Below are positions 50,893-61,801 of a stretch of DNA of 64,000 nt, piece after piece. The stretch's first letter is position 1. Each line of letters starts with the position of its first letter. Position numbers and translations under genes: made by a program. The DNA comes from Chiloscyllium plagiosum (Eukaryota): assembly GCF_004010195.1 (NCBI RefSeq), contig NC_057719.1:3893902-3957901 (forward strand), written 5' to 3'. The notes beneath the pieces were generated by a model that saw only the letters and a list, made by a program, of their open reading frames with translations, had not been told where the DNA came from and ran no database searches.

Positions 50893-53715
50893 CAAGGTGA
50901 GGGCAGTTCCACTCAGCTGACTGATAGAAGAAATACTTAGAGGAAGATGGTGTGGTAAACTGTCAAAAACAGCAGGCAGATCATCTGTCCTAACACTAAT
51001 GTGGCTTGTTTTTTTTTAATGTCTTGAAATGTTATTTGATCATGCTCATGTGAAACATTGAGATATCTTACCACACTAATGGTGCATTTATAAAGGCACC
51101 ATGTCATTGTTACGTTAAAGTTAAACTTAGTTCTCTGAAGGTAGCGACATTTTTCCATGGAATTTGAAGTGAAAATTTGAAAAAACAAAGTCTGGAATTA
51201 GGAGTCAAATGATGACCATGGAAACATTATCAATTGTTGGAAATTCCCATCTAGTTTAATAATGTCCATTATTAACTATCATCCTTAACTTAGTCTGGCC
51301 TACATATGACTCTGGACCCACAGCAATATAGTTGACTCTTATCTGCCCTCTGGGCAACTAAGGTTAGGCAGTAAATGCTGTCATGGTCATTGGTATCAAC
51401 ATGCTGTGAATTGATTAAATAAAAACCTAGAATTGGAATGCTATTCTGATCATAGACAGGCCTTCATGTAGAGATTATTAGAATCAAATTAAGTCTGGCC
51501 ACCACTCAACCATCATAAACATATGGGAGGATTATGGGTTAACAAATAATGATACAGAATGAAATACCCTCCTCCCCAATCCCATCCCACCCAATTATTC
51601 ACCAGCCTACATATGAGATCTCTTAACTCTGCACTCATGGCCAGTGGCAACAGCTAGACATTTAACCTGTTCTTCACTTAAGTCCTTGAAAAACTAGTCT
51701 GCATGTTCAAGACATCTGGCTGGTAAGAAACAGTGTTAAGAGTAAATGGAATTGGGACAGCAGTGAGAACATGCTGCTTCACCTTTAGCTCAAGGAGAAC
51801 TCAGTGAACCTACTCACAACGACATCAATCAGCACCTGAGCTACAAATCTTTTACACAAACTTTGATCAAAGGGACTTTGCATCCATGAATGATGGAATT
51901 TAAAAGGTTCTGCAATATTATTTGAAGAAGAAACAGAGGGATCACCCCAATGTTCTGGCCAATTCTTTCTTTCAGTTTGTGGGAGCTTGCTGTAAACAAG
52001 CTTGCTTTCTCGTTTCCAAAATTGCAGCAGTGGATGGCTACGCTTTAGGCAATACTTTCCTGTTGAAGCACTTTGGGACTTTCTGGAACTGTGAAAGGGG
52101 ATTAAAAAAAATCAAGATTTTTGTTCTGTCTGATTAAAATATACATTCCTATCAGAGGACCCACTCTTAGATGTGGGGAGAGTATATCACGGAAGAGTTA
52201 TGGCACAGGAGGCCATTTGGCCCATCAGACCTGCACCAACTTGTTAAATGAGCATCGTTGCATAGTGCCAATCTCTTGCTTTTCGCTCTATGCTTGCATG
52301 TTGTTGTTATACCAAAAATCAACTAGTAACTTCTTGAATGCCTCAATTAAACTGCTTCCATCACATTTACATTCTGTACCCTAACTACTCGCTGAGTGAA
52401 AAAGCTTTTCTTCACTTCACCCTTGTTTCTTTTGTAGATCAGTTTAAATCAGTTCTTGTACATGTTCTTGTATATGTTTTCATATTACTGTTATGGATTA
52501 GTAAGCAAAGACTCTAACCTAGTGCTTCCCAAACCTTTTCTTGCTATGACCCCATATTGAGGCTTGAAAATTGGTGTGACCTCTCTGGGAGAACTGAGAG
52601 AGTTGGTTGTGGAGTCATGCGAGCAGGGACCTGTTAAAGCAGAATCACAGCTGTTGTAACTTGGCTGGAAATTTGTGGTGGCCATTTCTGCCTTTAGTGC
52701 AAGGGACCCCAGCTTGTGACCTGACTTGGGCTCTCGACCACCACATTGTGAGTATTACACTAGCCTGGCCTGCTCTGTGTTCCTTGATCTAAAATAGAGC
52801 AACAAAAACAGAGGTGTGACTGCTAGCCTGGAGTAGGGAAAGCGGGCAGGGGAAAGGTTCATATCCCTCTCTTTGCCTGATGTGCAGAGATGATTTAACA
52901 ACTGTTCCTAAAGCAGAGTCCTTTACAGCACATTAGTTCACAAAGCAGGGTGCCAGGCAACCAATGCACACTGATTAGTGCCAATCAGTTTTCAGTATTT
53001 CTCTTGGATATTGCTAGAAATGTACTATTTCTGCACTAACAACACCCACTTTCAGCTATGGTGGGGAGGGGGCTGGTAGGAAATTGGTGGGAGATCATCG
53101 GGCCTCATGTTTTCTCTGTGTTACATCATTCTCTCTGTTTGAATTTCAGCCGACACTCTGCAGTTGTGAAATTCCATTGGTCCTACGTTGGACTTTGCCA
53201 AACAGTGATTGAATTTACACCTACTGTCATTTTTGGCTGCAGCAAGTATATTTTAAAAAAACACATTTTGAAATTAAAAAGGTTCTTCTGTCATCATGAA
53301 TGTCACCAATCTCTTTATTTTTAATTATTCGGCTGTTTTATAATCCACTTTCATCAATTGATTACACTGAAGTCTCTCGTTTGGTATCTCCCTCAATACT
53401 GGCACTGGAAGGGTCAACCTGGTTTCTGTGCCACAGTCTTGAGAGTTGGATTTGATTTTTTGCCACCAGACACAGAAGTGTGAGTAGTACCCACTGATAC
53501 CCAAGATGACACACCTAACACATCAATTACATGTTTGATTAATTTCATTTGCCTTTTTAAATGAAATAACAGGGAGTGCTAATGTGTGCAGAATGACGGT
53601 GGAAACAACAGGAAGCTTGCAGTAGAAATATCTGGGTTGGCGCTTCGTATCTTATTCACTTTGAGTTTGAAGCAATTATCTCATTGTAGGATCATAAGAC
53701 ATAGAAGTAGAAGTA

Positions 53716-53930
53716 TCTGGATCAGTGGTGCTGGAAGAGCACAGCAATTCAGGCAGCATCCGACGAGCAGCAAAATCGACGTTTCGGGCAAAAGCCCTGA
53801 TTCCTGATGAAGGGCTTTTGCCTGAAACGTCGATTTTGCTGCTCGTCGGATGCTGCCTGAATTGCTGTGCTCTTCCAGCACCACTGATCCAGAATCTGGT
53901 TTCCAGCATCTGCAATCATTGTTTTTACCT
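53716..53930. mobile_element. Palindromic Penelope terminal fragment in the tail of a CR1 (CR1s ~53690-55170, - strand)
   Basis: 83-bp inverted arms (53716-53798 / 53811-53893). 16-bp TSD catagaa(g/a)tagaagta. Confidence 0.88.
53804..53831 (+). ncRNA. Minimal hammerhead ribozyme motif (G-U variant in stem II)
   Basis: CUGAUGA-A-GGGC(UUUU)GCCU-GAAACGUC. Confidence 0.65.
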
Positions 53931-55689
53931 CATAGAAATAGAAGTAGGCTACTCAGCCCATCATGTCTGCTCAACCATAAAGCAAGATTATAATTGATCT
54001 GATAAGAACATAAGAAGTAGGAGCAGGAGTAGGCCATTAAGCCTGTTGAGCCTGCTCTACCATACAGTAAAATCATGGCTGACCTTTCCGTGGACTCCGC
54101 TCCACTTACTAACCTGCTCACCATAACCCTTAATTCTCTTTCTGTTCAAAAATCTATCTTTGCCTTAAAAACATTCGATGAGGTAGCCTCAACTACTTCA
54201 TTGGGCAGAGAATTTCACAGATTCACAATCCTTTAGTTGACAAAGTTCCTCCTCAACTCAGTCCTAAATCTGCTCCCTCTGATTTTGGGCTATGCTTCCC
54301 AGTTCGAGTTTCACCCGCCAGTGGAAATAACCTCCCTGCTTCTATCATCGATTCCCTTCATAATTTTGTACATTTCTATAAGATCTCTGTTCATTCTTCT
54401 CAATTCCAATGGATTTGGTCCCAGTCTACACAGTTTCTCCTCTTAAGCCAATCCTTTCAACTCCAGAATCCACCTAGCGAACCTCCTCTGCATCGCCTCC
54501 AGTGCCAGTACATCCTTTCTCAAGGAAGGAGACCAAAACTGTACACATTATTCCAGGTGTGGTCTCGCCAGCACCCCATACAATTTTAGCACAGCCTCCC
54601 TATTTTTAAACTCCATCCCTATAGCATTGAAGAACAATATTCCATTTACCTTCTAAATTACCTGCTGAACCTGCAAACCAACTTTTTGTGCTTCATACAC
54701 AAGGACACTTAGGTCCTTCTGCACAGCAGCATGCTGCAATTTCTTTTACCATTTAAATAATAGTACATTTTGCTGTTATTTCTGCCAAAATGGATGATAT
54801 CGCATTTACCAACATTGCACGCCATCTGCCAAACCCTTGCCTACTCACTTAACCTACCTATATCCCTCTTTAAACTTGGCAGAGTCCTTTGCAGACTTTA
54901 CCACTCATCTTAGAGTTATCTGTGAACTTTGACCCACTGCACTTGGTCCCCAACTCTAAGTCACCTATGATGATCTTCAACTCCACTATCCTGCCTTTGC
55001 CCCATAATCTTTGATTCCTTTACTGATTAAAAATCTATCTCCATCTTGAATATTAATGACTTAGCCCCAAACCATCTGTAGTAAAGAATTCCACAGATTC
55101 ACTACCCTCAGAAAGAAGTTGTTTCTCATTGCCTCTATCATTAAATGGATGACCCCTCCCTTGGAGATGCATAGATTAGATTAGATTAGATTAGATTCCT
55201 TGCAGTATGGAAATAGGCCCTTTGGCCCAACAAGTCCACACTGACCCTCCGAAGAATAACCCACCCAGACCCATTCCCCAAACCTATATTTACTCCTGAC
55301 TAACACACCTAACACTATGGGCAATTTAGCATGGCCAATTCCCCTAACCTGCACATCTTTGGATTGTGTTGTAATATGTTGCACATCCAGCATGTATTGA
55401 AACAAGTACAAGGAACGACTTACTGTAGTGCTGTGCAATATGTGGAGGTCAAAAATCTCTCGACTCGAATGTACTGTTGACATCCAAACTGCAATTGCAC
55501 CCTCTTATTTTTTCCCTTGATGGCAACTGATTGTTTCAAAGGAAATTCCATAAACTGCAATGAGATACATGTGCTGAATCTTTCTTTTTTTTCTGACTAA
55601 GTTTGTTTCTTCAAGTTTTCAAAGAGGATTTCTCTGTGTGATGCCCAGTGATGTTTCTTCAGCTAACCAAACCTATATTAAAATTCTGA

Positions 55690-57329
55690 CTCTATAGTGC
55701 ACCTCTTGTGAGATTCACACCCTACCCTACCACAAGAACTTGTTGCTGCCATCTTTAAAGGGCCATTATGACATAAGAGTTTGAAGTTGCTCTGCATGCT
55801 CCCAGACATTTGCCTGGATGTGACAGACGAGAGAAAATTGCTTTGCAGAGTGGGATCTTGAGATCCTACTGGGTAGTGTTGTGCAGAACATCATCTATTT
55901 CCCAGACCAGCAGAGGAGGTCATGCCAGTCTGGTTAGAGATTATCACCTGGGTCAGAGCAGTTTCAGCCATCTGCAGGAATGCCCAGCAGTAAAGGAAGA
56001 AGGTAAATGATCTTACCCACTCTGCCAGCAAAAATGCTGCTATCTTGGACCCTCTCACTCCCTCTATCTGTCACTATATCCACCTCCCACCAAAGCTCTA
56101 CCACTCTCACTATTGCCTGCAAAGTCTTGCCACACCAACTGTCATCTAACCTAACCCTTGACACTGGTAACCTTACATTGTGACTATACTGCCTACTCGT
56201 TTGCTTGGAACACTTTCACACCTGCACCAAAAATAACAATTGTGCCATTTAATTTCATCCAATTAATACAAGTCCATCATTCTAGGAGGAAAACAGCCCA
56301 CAATAGGATGGAAAGAGTGCAGACCAGTGGTGGCCTGTCCAACATTCAGTTTCTCACTCCTAATGAGGAAATAATTGTGACTGTGACCACCCTGAGCAAC
56401 TGGCTGACCATGTTCAAATGATTGAATTGAAATTGGAAGCTAACCATGACTGTGACCCTCGTTCGAAGGCTATCTCCCCTGACATGACTAAGGACCATGA
56501 GCCTGATATATCTGATTGAGGAGGCAGTACACAAAAAGGCAAGTCAAGGCAGAGATGCTGTGACAATCTAGGTAGACTCAAAGTGAATAAGTACTGAAAG
56601 ATCAAGCAAACTGTCCAGAATTGCAACCTGACTATGTCATGAACTGGGTGCATGTCCCTGAATGCTGCAGCATTACAATGATAGTAATTGATGCAGCCCA
56701 AAGTGCAGCATTGAAGTATGCAAGTGCCTCTAATTGGATCAGATATGTGCCATGAGAGTTTGTAGAGGCTGGCACATGTTGGATACCAATGTCCTTGGAC
56801 ATGGAGGAACAATTTACTCCAGATGCTGGAAATATACTGAAAACAACAAATGCTGGAGATCACAGCAGATCAGACAGTATCCATGGAGAGAGATCAAGCT
56901 AATGTTGAGTCTAGACAATCTCCAGCATTTGTTTTTTCAATCTTAGACATGGAATTTATGCAGCTGGTGCCTATAGAGTATGGCCTGAGATGTTGGTGTC
57001 ATGGAAGTGCTTTGGAGAAAACAGTTAGCTGAAGTCACCACCAGATACCCACTCTGACTTCTATGTCGAGAATTCTCAGCATTAAGTGTGTTCACAGGAT
57101 CAGAAATGTGTGAAGCTGTATATTTACTGCATATTGAATCTCATTAATAAGGTTGTTAACTTGCAATAATGCCCTCAATAGGCAACCTGCCACAGTCTGG
57201 TAAGAATTTCACCTAACTGCCCAGCTGTTACGTAAAAGATGTAGCAAGTTGGACCTGATATCCGACTTCTCACATACCTCTGCCACTCAATATAGCCCAT
57301 GCTGTTCACAATACTATAAGATTCTGCCC
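55690..57329. mobile_element. PIF/Harbinger transposon remnant (Myb/SANT-like ORF on +)
   Basis: 55931-56029 reads WLEIITWVRAVSAICRNAQQ*RKKVNDLTHSAS, and ~56287-56370 reads KTAHNRMERVQTSGG..LTPNEE, both typical of Harbinger Myb-like proteins. Possible terminal aagattctgccc. Confidence 0.55.
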
Positions 57330-58854
57330 AATGTGTAGATTTCAGTGATTTGTCCGAGGATAAATGTTGCCTTGGACTCTAGGGTAAATTTTTTTTTAAA
57401 ATTAGTCATGGGTTGTCTTTCTTCCCTAAAAGGCTTAAATGTTGGTTAATATTGATTTCATGTTTCAAGCAAAAAGCAGAACCACTTCTAGCACAGTGCT
57501 TCCTTGATATGGAATTGAAAGGGTCAGCTTTTTATTTAATGTATTCTAGTATCTGTAGAGTGACATTTAATAGTGGCATTCACCACCTGACTCAGGCATG
57601 AGTGGTGCCCACTGAGCCAAGCTGACACTAAGTGCTTTAAGACATCCTCTTATGAGAATGGAAGTATTTTCTAGAAAACCATCTTCTATAGAGCACAAAC
57701 ATAATCCTTCCAAAGTGATTCTGTTACTTAGAGAGGAGGCCTTCTCATGTTGATGATGGTGAATTCCTCCAACTACAATAACAACTTTATAGTAAACACT
57801 GCAATCATTTTACTACTTGTACTGAAAGTGAAGTACCTCTGAGTGCTTTATTGTGTGAAGTACTCTTGGTTGCATAGTGATGTCGTCAAGGTTTGGAAGG
57901 AAAACTAAATAATCATGGGTACTATCATAGAATTCTTGCTTATCTCTGTTACACATATTGGGCTTTGGGAAAACATATACCTTATGCTTTCCTCTACATC
58001 AATAAAAACTTGCATTGGAAAATTTCAAAGGAGCTCTAGAATTCCTTCCCTGACCTACTTGTGCCTCTCAACCACCCTATTCTTTTTTAAGATGTTCAAA
58101 AAACCCATCTCTATGATCAATCTTCTGATCATCTGTCATGATTTATCTTATTATGACTTGGTGTCAAAGATTTTTTTTGTTGATATCACTCTTGTTAAGT
58201 GTCTTGGGATGTTTACTACATTAAATGCACCAGTTACCTGTATGCTGCTGCCTAGAAACATAAGTTGACACTGAATGACCCAAGTACAGGTGACCAAAAG
58301 CTTAATCAATAAGGTAGGATTTAAGTCTTCACTATCTCCAAGGATTTAAGGAAAAGACAGAAAGAGAGAGTTTAGGAGGGAATTCCAGAACCTTGGCAAC
58401 AGTAAGGCCACCAATGGGGGAGTGATTTTAAAATCTGGATTGATGTAAACTGCCTGAGTTGGGGAATACAAAGGTCTCGTAGGGTTGAAAGACTGGAAGA
58501 AATTGCAAAGCAACAGAAAGCTTTTAGTAAATAATGTACAGAGGGTGTGTAATAAATGAAAGGAGGAAATCTGAGGTATATCTGTAGGCTATGACAATCC
58601 CTCAATGACTAGAGAACGTAAAAACATCTGTGATCTCATTTAAATCTAGTTTCCATGCCAATGGAGCCCATGTAAAATAATTAATTGTGCAGTCAGGTTA
58701 GCCTGAACCCATTGCTGTGTGCCCTTTGCGCATTTTCCTAGCACACACTAAGGGAGCTGGCACACAAATAAACATGTTTTGATCTGAGGAAGCAGCCATT
58801 TGCCTGGAAAACCTCCAGAATTCGATTGTAATTATTTTGTTTTTGGAGTAACTT

Positions 58855-58867
58855 TGCCCCCTGGTGG
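58855..58867 (-). promoter_or_regulatory. Candidate CTCF binding site
   Basis: Minus strand reads CCACCAGGGGGCA, a close match to the CTCF core motif, in non-repetitive intronic DNA ~810 bp upstream of exon 2. Confidence 0.5.
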
Positions 58868-59676
58868 TGATTTTTAAAAAAATGTAATTAAAATGTATAA
58901 AATTAATTCCATGCTATTTCTAGGGGAGAATTGAGCAATTTTTTTTATTACACAATGAGCTGCAATCTAAAAGTGTGAAAAAATGGAGATTCTAAAGCAA
59001 CTTTGAAAAGTTATTTGAATAAATACTTGGAGGGAAAGAATTAAGCTGGGAACAGCAGAAGGAACGGGACCAATTGGAAAGCTCTACCAAAAAGGCACAA
59101 GCATAATGGGTTGAATGGCCTGCAATGTGCAATTCTATTCTAAGATTCATATTGGACTTGTTTCTGTTCTGATGAAACTGGAGATGAATAATCAGCTTTG
59201 AGTTCGGTGATGTAATGATATCATAGATCATGGCACAGAATTGTGACTCATTTGATCAGAGGAGCTGTTTGCCTCAGTTGTTGATGAAGGGGCCTAAGCT
59301 TTGGTGAAATCTGATATGTGCATGTTAACTTTTACAAAAGGAGGATAAGTTAGTAAAAATTTCTGGAATTGGTAAGTCTGGATTTGGCTACCCCTAGGTT
59401 CTGCTGCAAGACACTCACTGTATAGATCAGCTCATGAAGCATTATTGCTCATGTTAATGGAGACTGGATGGTACTTTGTACAATGAGGCCGTGAGATTTT
59501 GAAATGGTGATGGTGCTCTGCTCACAGTGAAACTAATTTACAGAAAAATTGGCTCTGTCTCACGTCTGATTAGGACAGTGCAAGCATATCAAATTGTGAC
59601 CCAGGTAGGATTGTGTGTTTTGTTGGCATGTACTTGTGACAATAATGAGCAACTTGTCCCCTTGTTTTCCCTTCAG

Positions 59677-59738
59677 TTGAAAGAGTGAGCACGCAGAAGA
59701 GAACGTTTACCCGATGGATCAACTTCCACTTGTACAGG
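59677..59738 (+). CDS. CLMN: Calmin coding exon 2 (start of CH1 domain)
   Basis: Polypyrimidine tract and acceptor cccttcag|TT. Joins exon 1 in frame (G|TT=V) to give VERVSTQKRTFTRWINFHLYR, the QKxTFTxWxN actin-binding CH motif. Donor AGG|gtaaga. Confidence 0.95.
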
Positions 59739-60124
59739 GTAAGAGCGAGCATTGAATTCTATTTCAGGCTAATTAATCACTGCCAAACAATATTTATTGT
59801 TACGAAGAGGGTTTATATTTAATACTGTCTGGATGACTTGGGTTTTGAAGGCTTGTGGAAAATGGATAGATTAAATTTTGCGGAAACACCTGGAATATTT
59901 TCTTTTAAAGGCCGTATTTAGGGCCACGAGACGGAGTATTGGTGTCCATGATTAGCAATTCCGTTAACATACAGCTTTCATTATTGGTTATGAGTTAACT
60001 CAGAAGCATTTCTCACCATGTAGAAAGGTGTTGAAAGGCAAATTCTGAAATCAGCACTTAAAAAACAACATTGAATGATGGCTAGTGACTTTCAGGAGAA
60101 TGTAAGACAGATGCGTCACAAGTG

Positions 60125-61625
60125 TATATTGCTAGACATGTAATACAGTAAATCAGCCAATGTTCAGGGGACTGGGATTCAAATTCCTGCCACAGCCACT
60201 GGTTGAAATTTAATTTATTTTTTTAAAATCTAGAATTAAGAATCTACTGATGACAATGAAACATTGTAAATTGTCAGGAAAAAAAAATCATCTGGCTTAC
60301 TAATGTCCTTCAGGGAAGGAAATCTGCCATCCTTACCTGGTCTGGCTTATGTTTGACTCCAGACCCATGTCAATGTGGTTGACTCTCAGTTGTCCTCTGA
60401 AATGGTCTAGATAACTGAAACAACTCAGAGGCCAGTATCCTGTCACCAAGTCACCTTTTATTTACACATGGAGAGCCAGCTCTGAGTGAACAGAACTTCT
60501 GACATAGCTTTTTTTTTGTTTTTTTTATGTGGCCGGCCAGCTCGGAATCAGTTTCCTGAACTGGGGAGATTCTAAATCTTCTCGTGGTTATATATATTTT
60601 TAACTACCCATGTTGTATCTGTATCTGCAAGACACAGTGAAACACCCAAGTGAAAATAACTTTATTAATATTCTAACATCAGGAAAGACACCCATGTGGC
60701 AAATGAACCAGTGACAAGCAAAGCCCAGAGTAAGCAATGCTTACGTGAACATTCATGTTTATTTTTTAAAAAAATTCTCTTTTTTTTCTTCTTATTTTAT
60801 TCCCCATACTACCACCTAATACCAGTAGTGCTTATATTTTTCCCAGCACTCATGATGTTTGTGTGCAGGTGTGAGACACAGTGAAAGACAACATGTGCAT
60901 AAATCTTTATTCATTTTCCACCACCTGGAAGGAAGGAAACACCAGAATGGCCAATGACGAGCAGTGCCCTTCTCATCAAAGGGCAATGCTGTGTGATCAA
61001 AAAGTGAAATGTTCATGCTTATATTGTCAGCCAGGGCACCCTGATTTGGGCTGATAATTTGGTCCAATCAGGGAACTCATGAGGTCCACCTGGTTGACCT
61101 CATTACAATCATTAAAATAGCCACTCTGTTGTATCAATCGCTATGAAGTCTCAACAAAAAAATGAAACCGATGGACTGGCTGGTATCGACCCAGGGACTG
61201 GAAAAGACTATGGCAGAAACAGCCCTGTCAACCCTGTATAGTTTTCCTTACTAACACTGGGGGGGCTAGTGCCAAAGTTGGGAGAGCTGTCTCACAGACT
61301 AGTCAAGCAACAACCTGACATAGTTATACTCATGGAATCATGCCTTCCAGACAATATTCCAGACACCATCTTCACCATTCCTGGAAATGTCCTGTCCCAC
61401 CAGCAGAAGTGGTGGCACAGTGGTATACGGTCGGGCGAGAGTTGCCTTGGCAGTACACAGCATGGACTCTGGACGTCATGAAGTTTCATGGTTAAACATC
61501 GGAAAGGAAACCTGTTGCTGATTATCACTTATTGTCCTCCCTTGGCTGAGAATCAATACTCCTCCATGTTGAACAACACTTGGAGGAAGCACTGAGAGTG
61601 GCAAGGACACAATGTGTACTCTGGG
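60125..61625 (+). mobile_element. 5' end of the second APE-type LINE family (tRNA-like head plus endonuclease ORF), interrupted by a solo LTR
   Basis: SINE-B-like head at 60125-60415. After the LTR the sequence continues into LVPKLGELSHRLVKQQPDIVILMES..IPGNVLSH. Confidence 0.75.
60416..61116 (-). mobile_element. Solo LTR of the Gypsy family seen at 17958-21435, containing two retroposed insertions
   Basis: Shares tcaccttttatttacacatggagag and ccaatcagggaactcat..gtccacctgg.tgacctca with 17958-18241. Starts TG. 5-bp TSD ATAAC/ATAGC. Confidence 0.85.
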
Positions 61626-61756
61626 TGGTTGCATTTACTGAGTCCTTTTAATCTAGAAAACTACCCAACAGCAATCATCTCTCAGATATATCCGCAGATA
61701 GAAACTGCAGTAAACCAAAAGATGGGGTCAAGTGGATGTTTGGCCCGAAAAGGGCG

Positions 61757-61801
61757 TGTGTATGTGTGTGTGTGTGTGTTTGTGTGTGTTTGTGTGTGTG
61801 T
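61757..61801. repeat. Imperfect (GT)n microsatellite
   Basis: Direct reading. Confidence 0.9.

Noticed and set aside
52840..52862. Possible retinoic acid or vitamin D response element around GGTTCA
   Set aside because: Only one good half-site, with no partner at DR1-DR5 spacing.
229..53997. Recurrent small ORFs containing MPETSILLLLGCCLNCCALPAPLIQ or MVLEEHSNSGSIR, suggesting a peptide family
   Set aside because: They are incidental translations of the non-coding Penelope terminal repeat on either strand.
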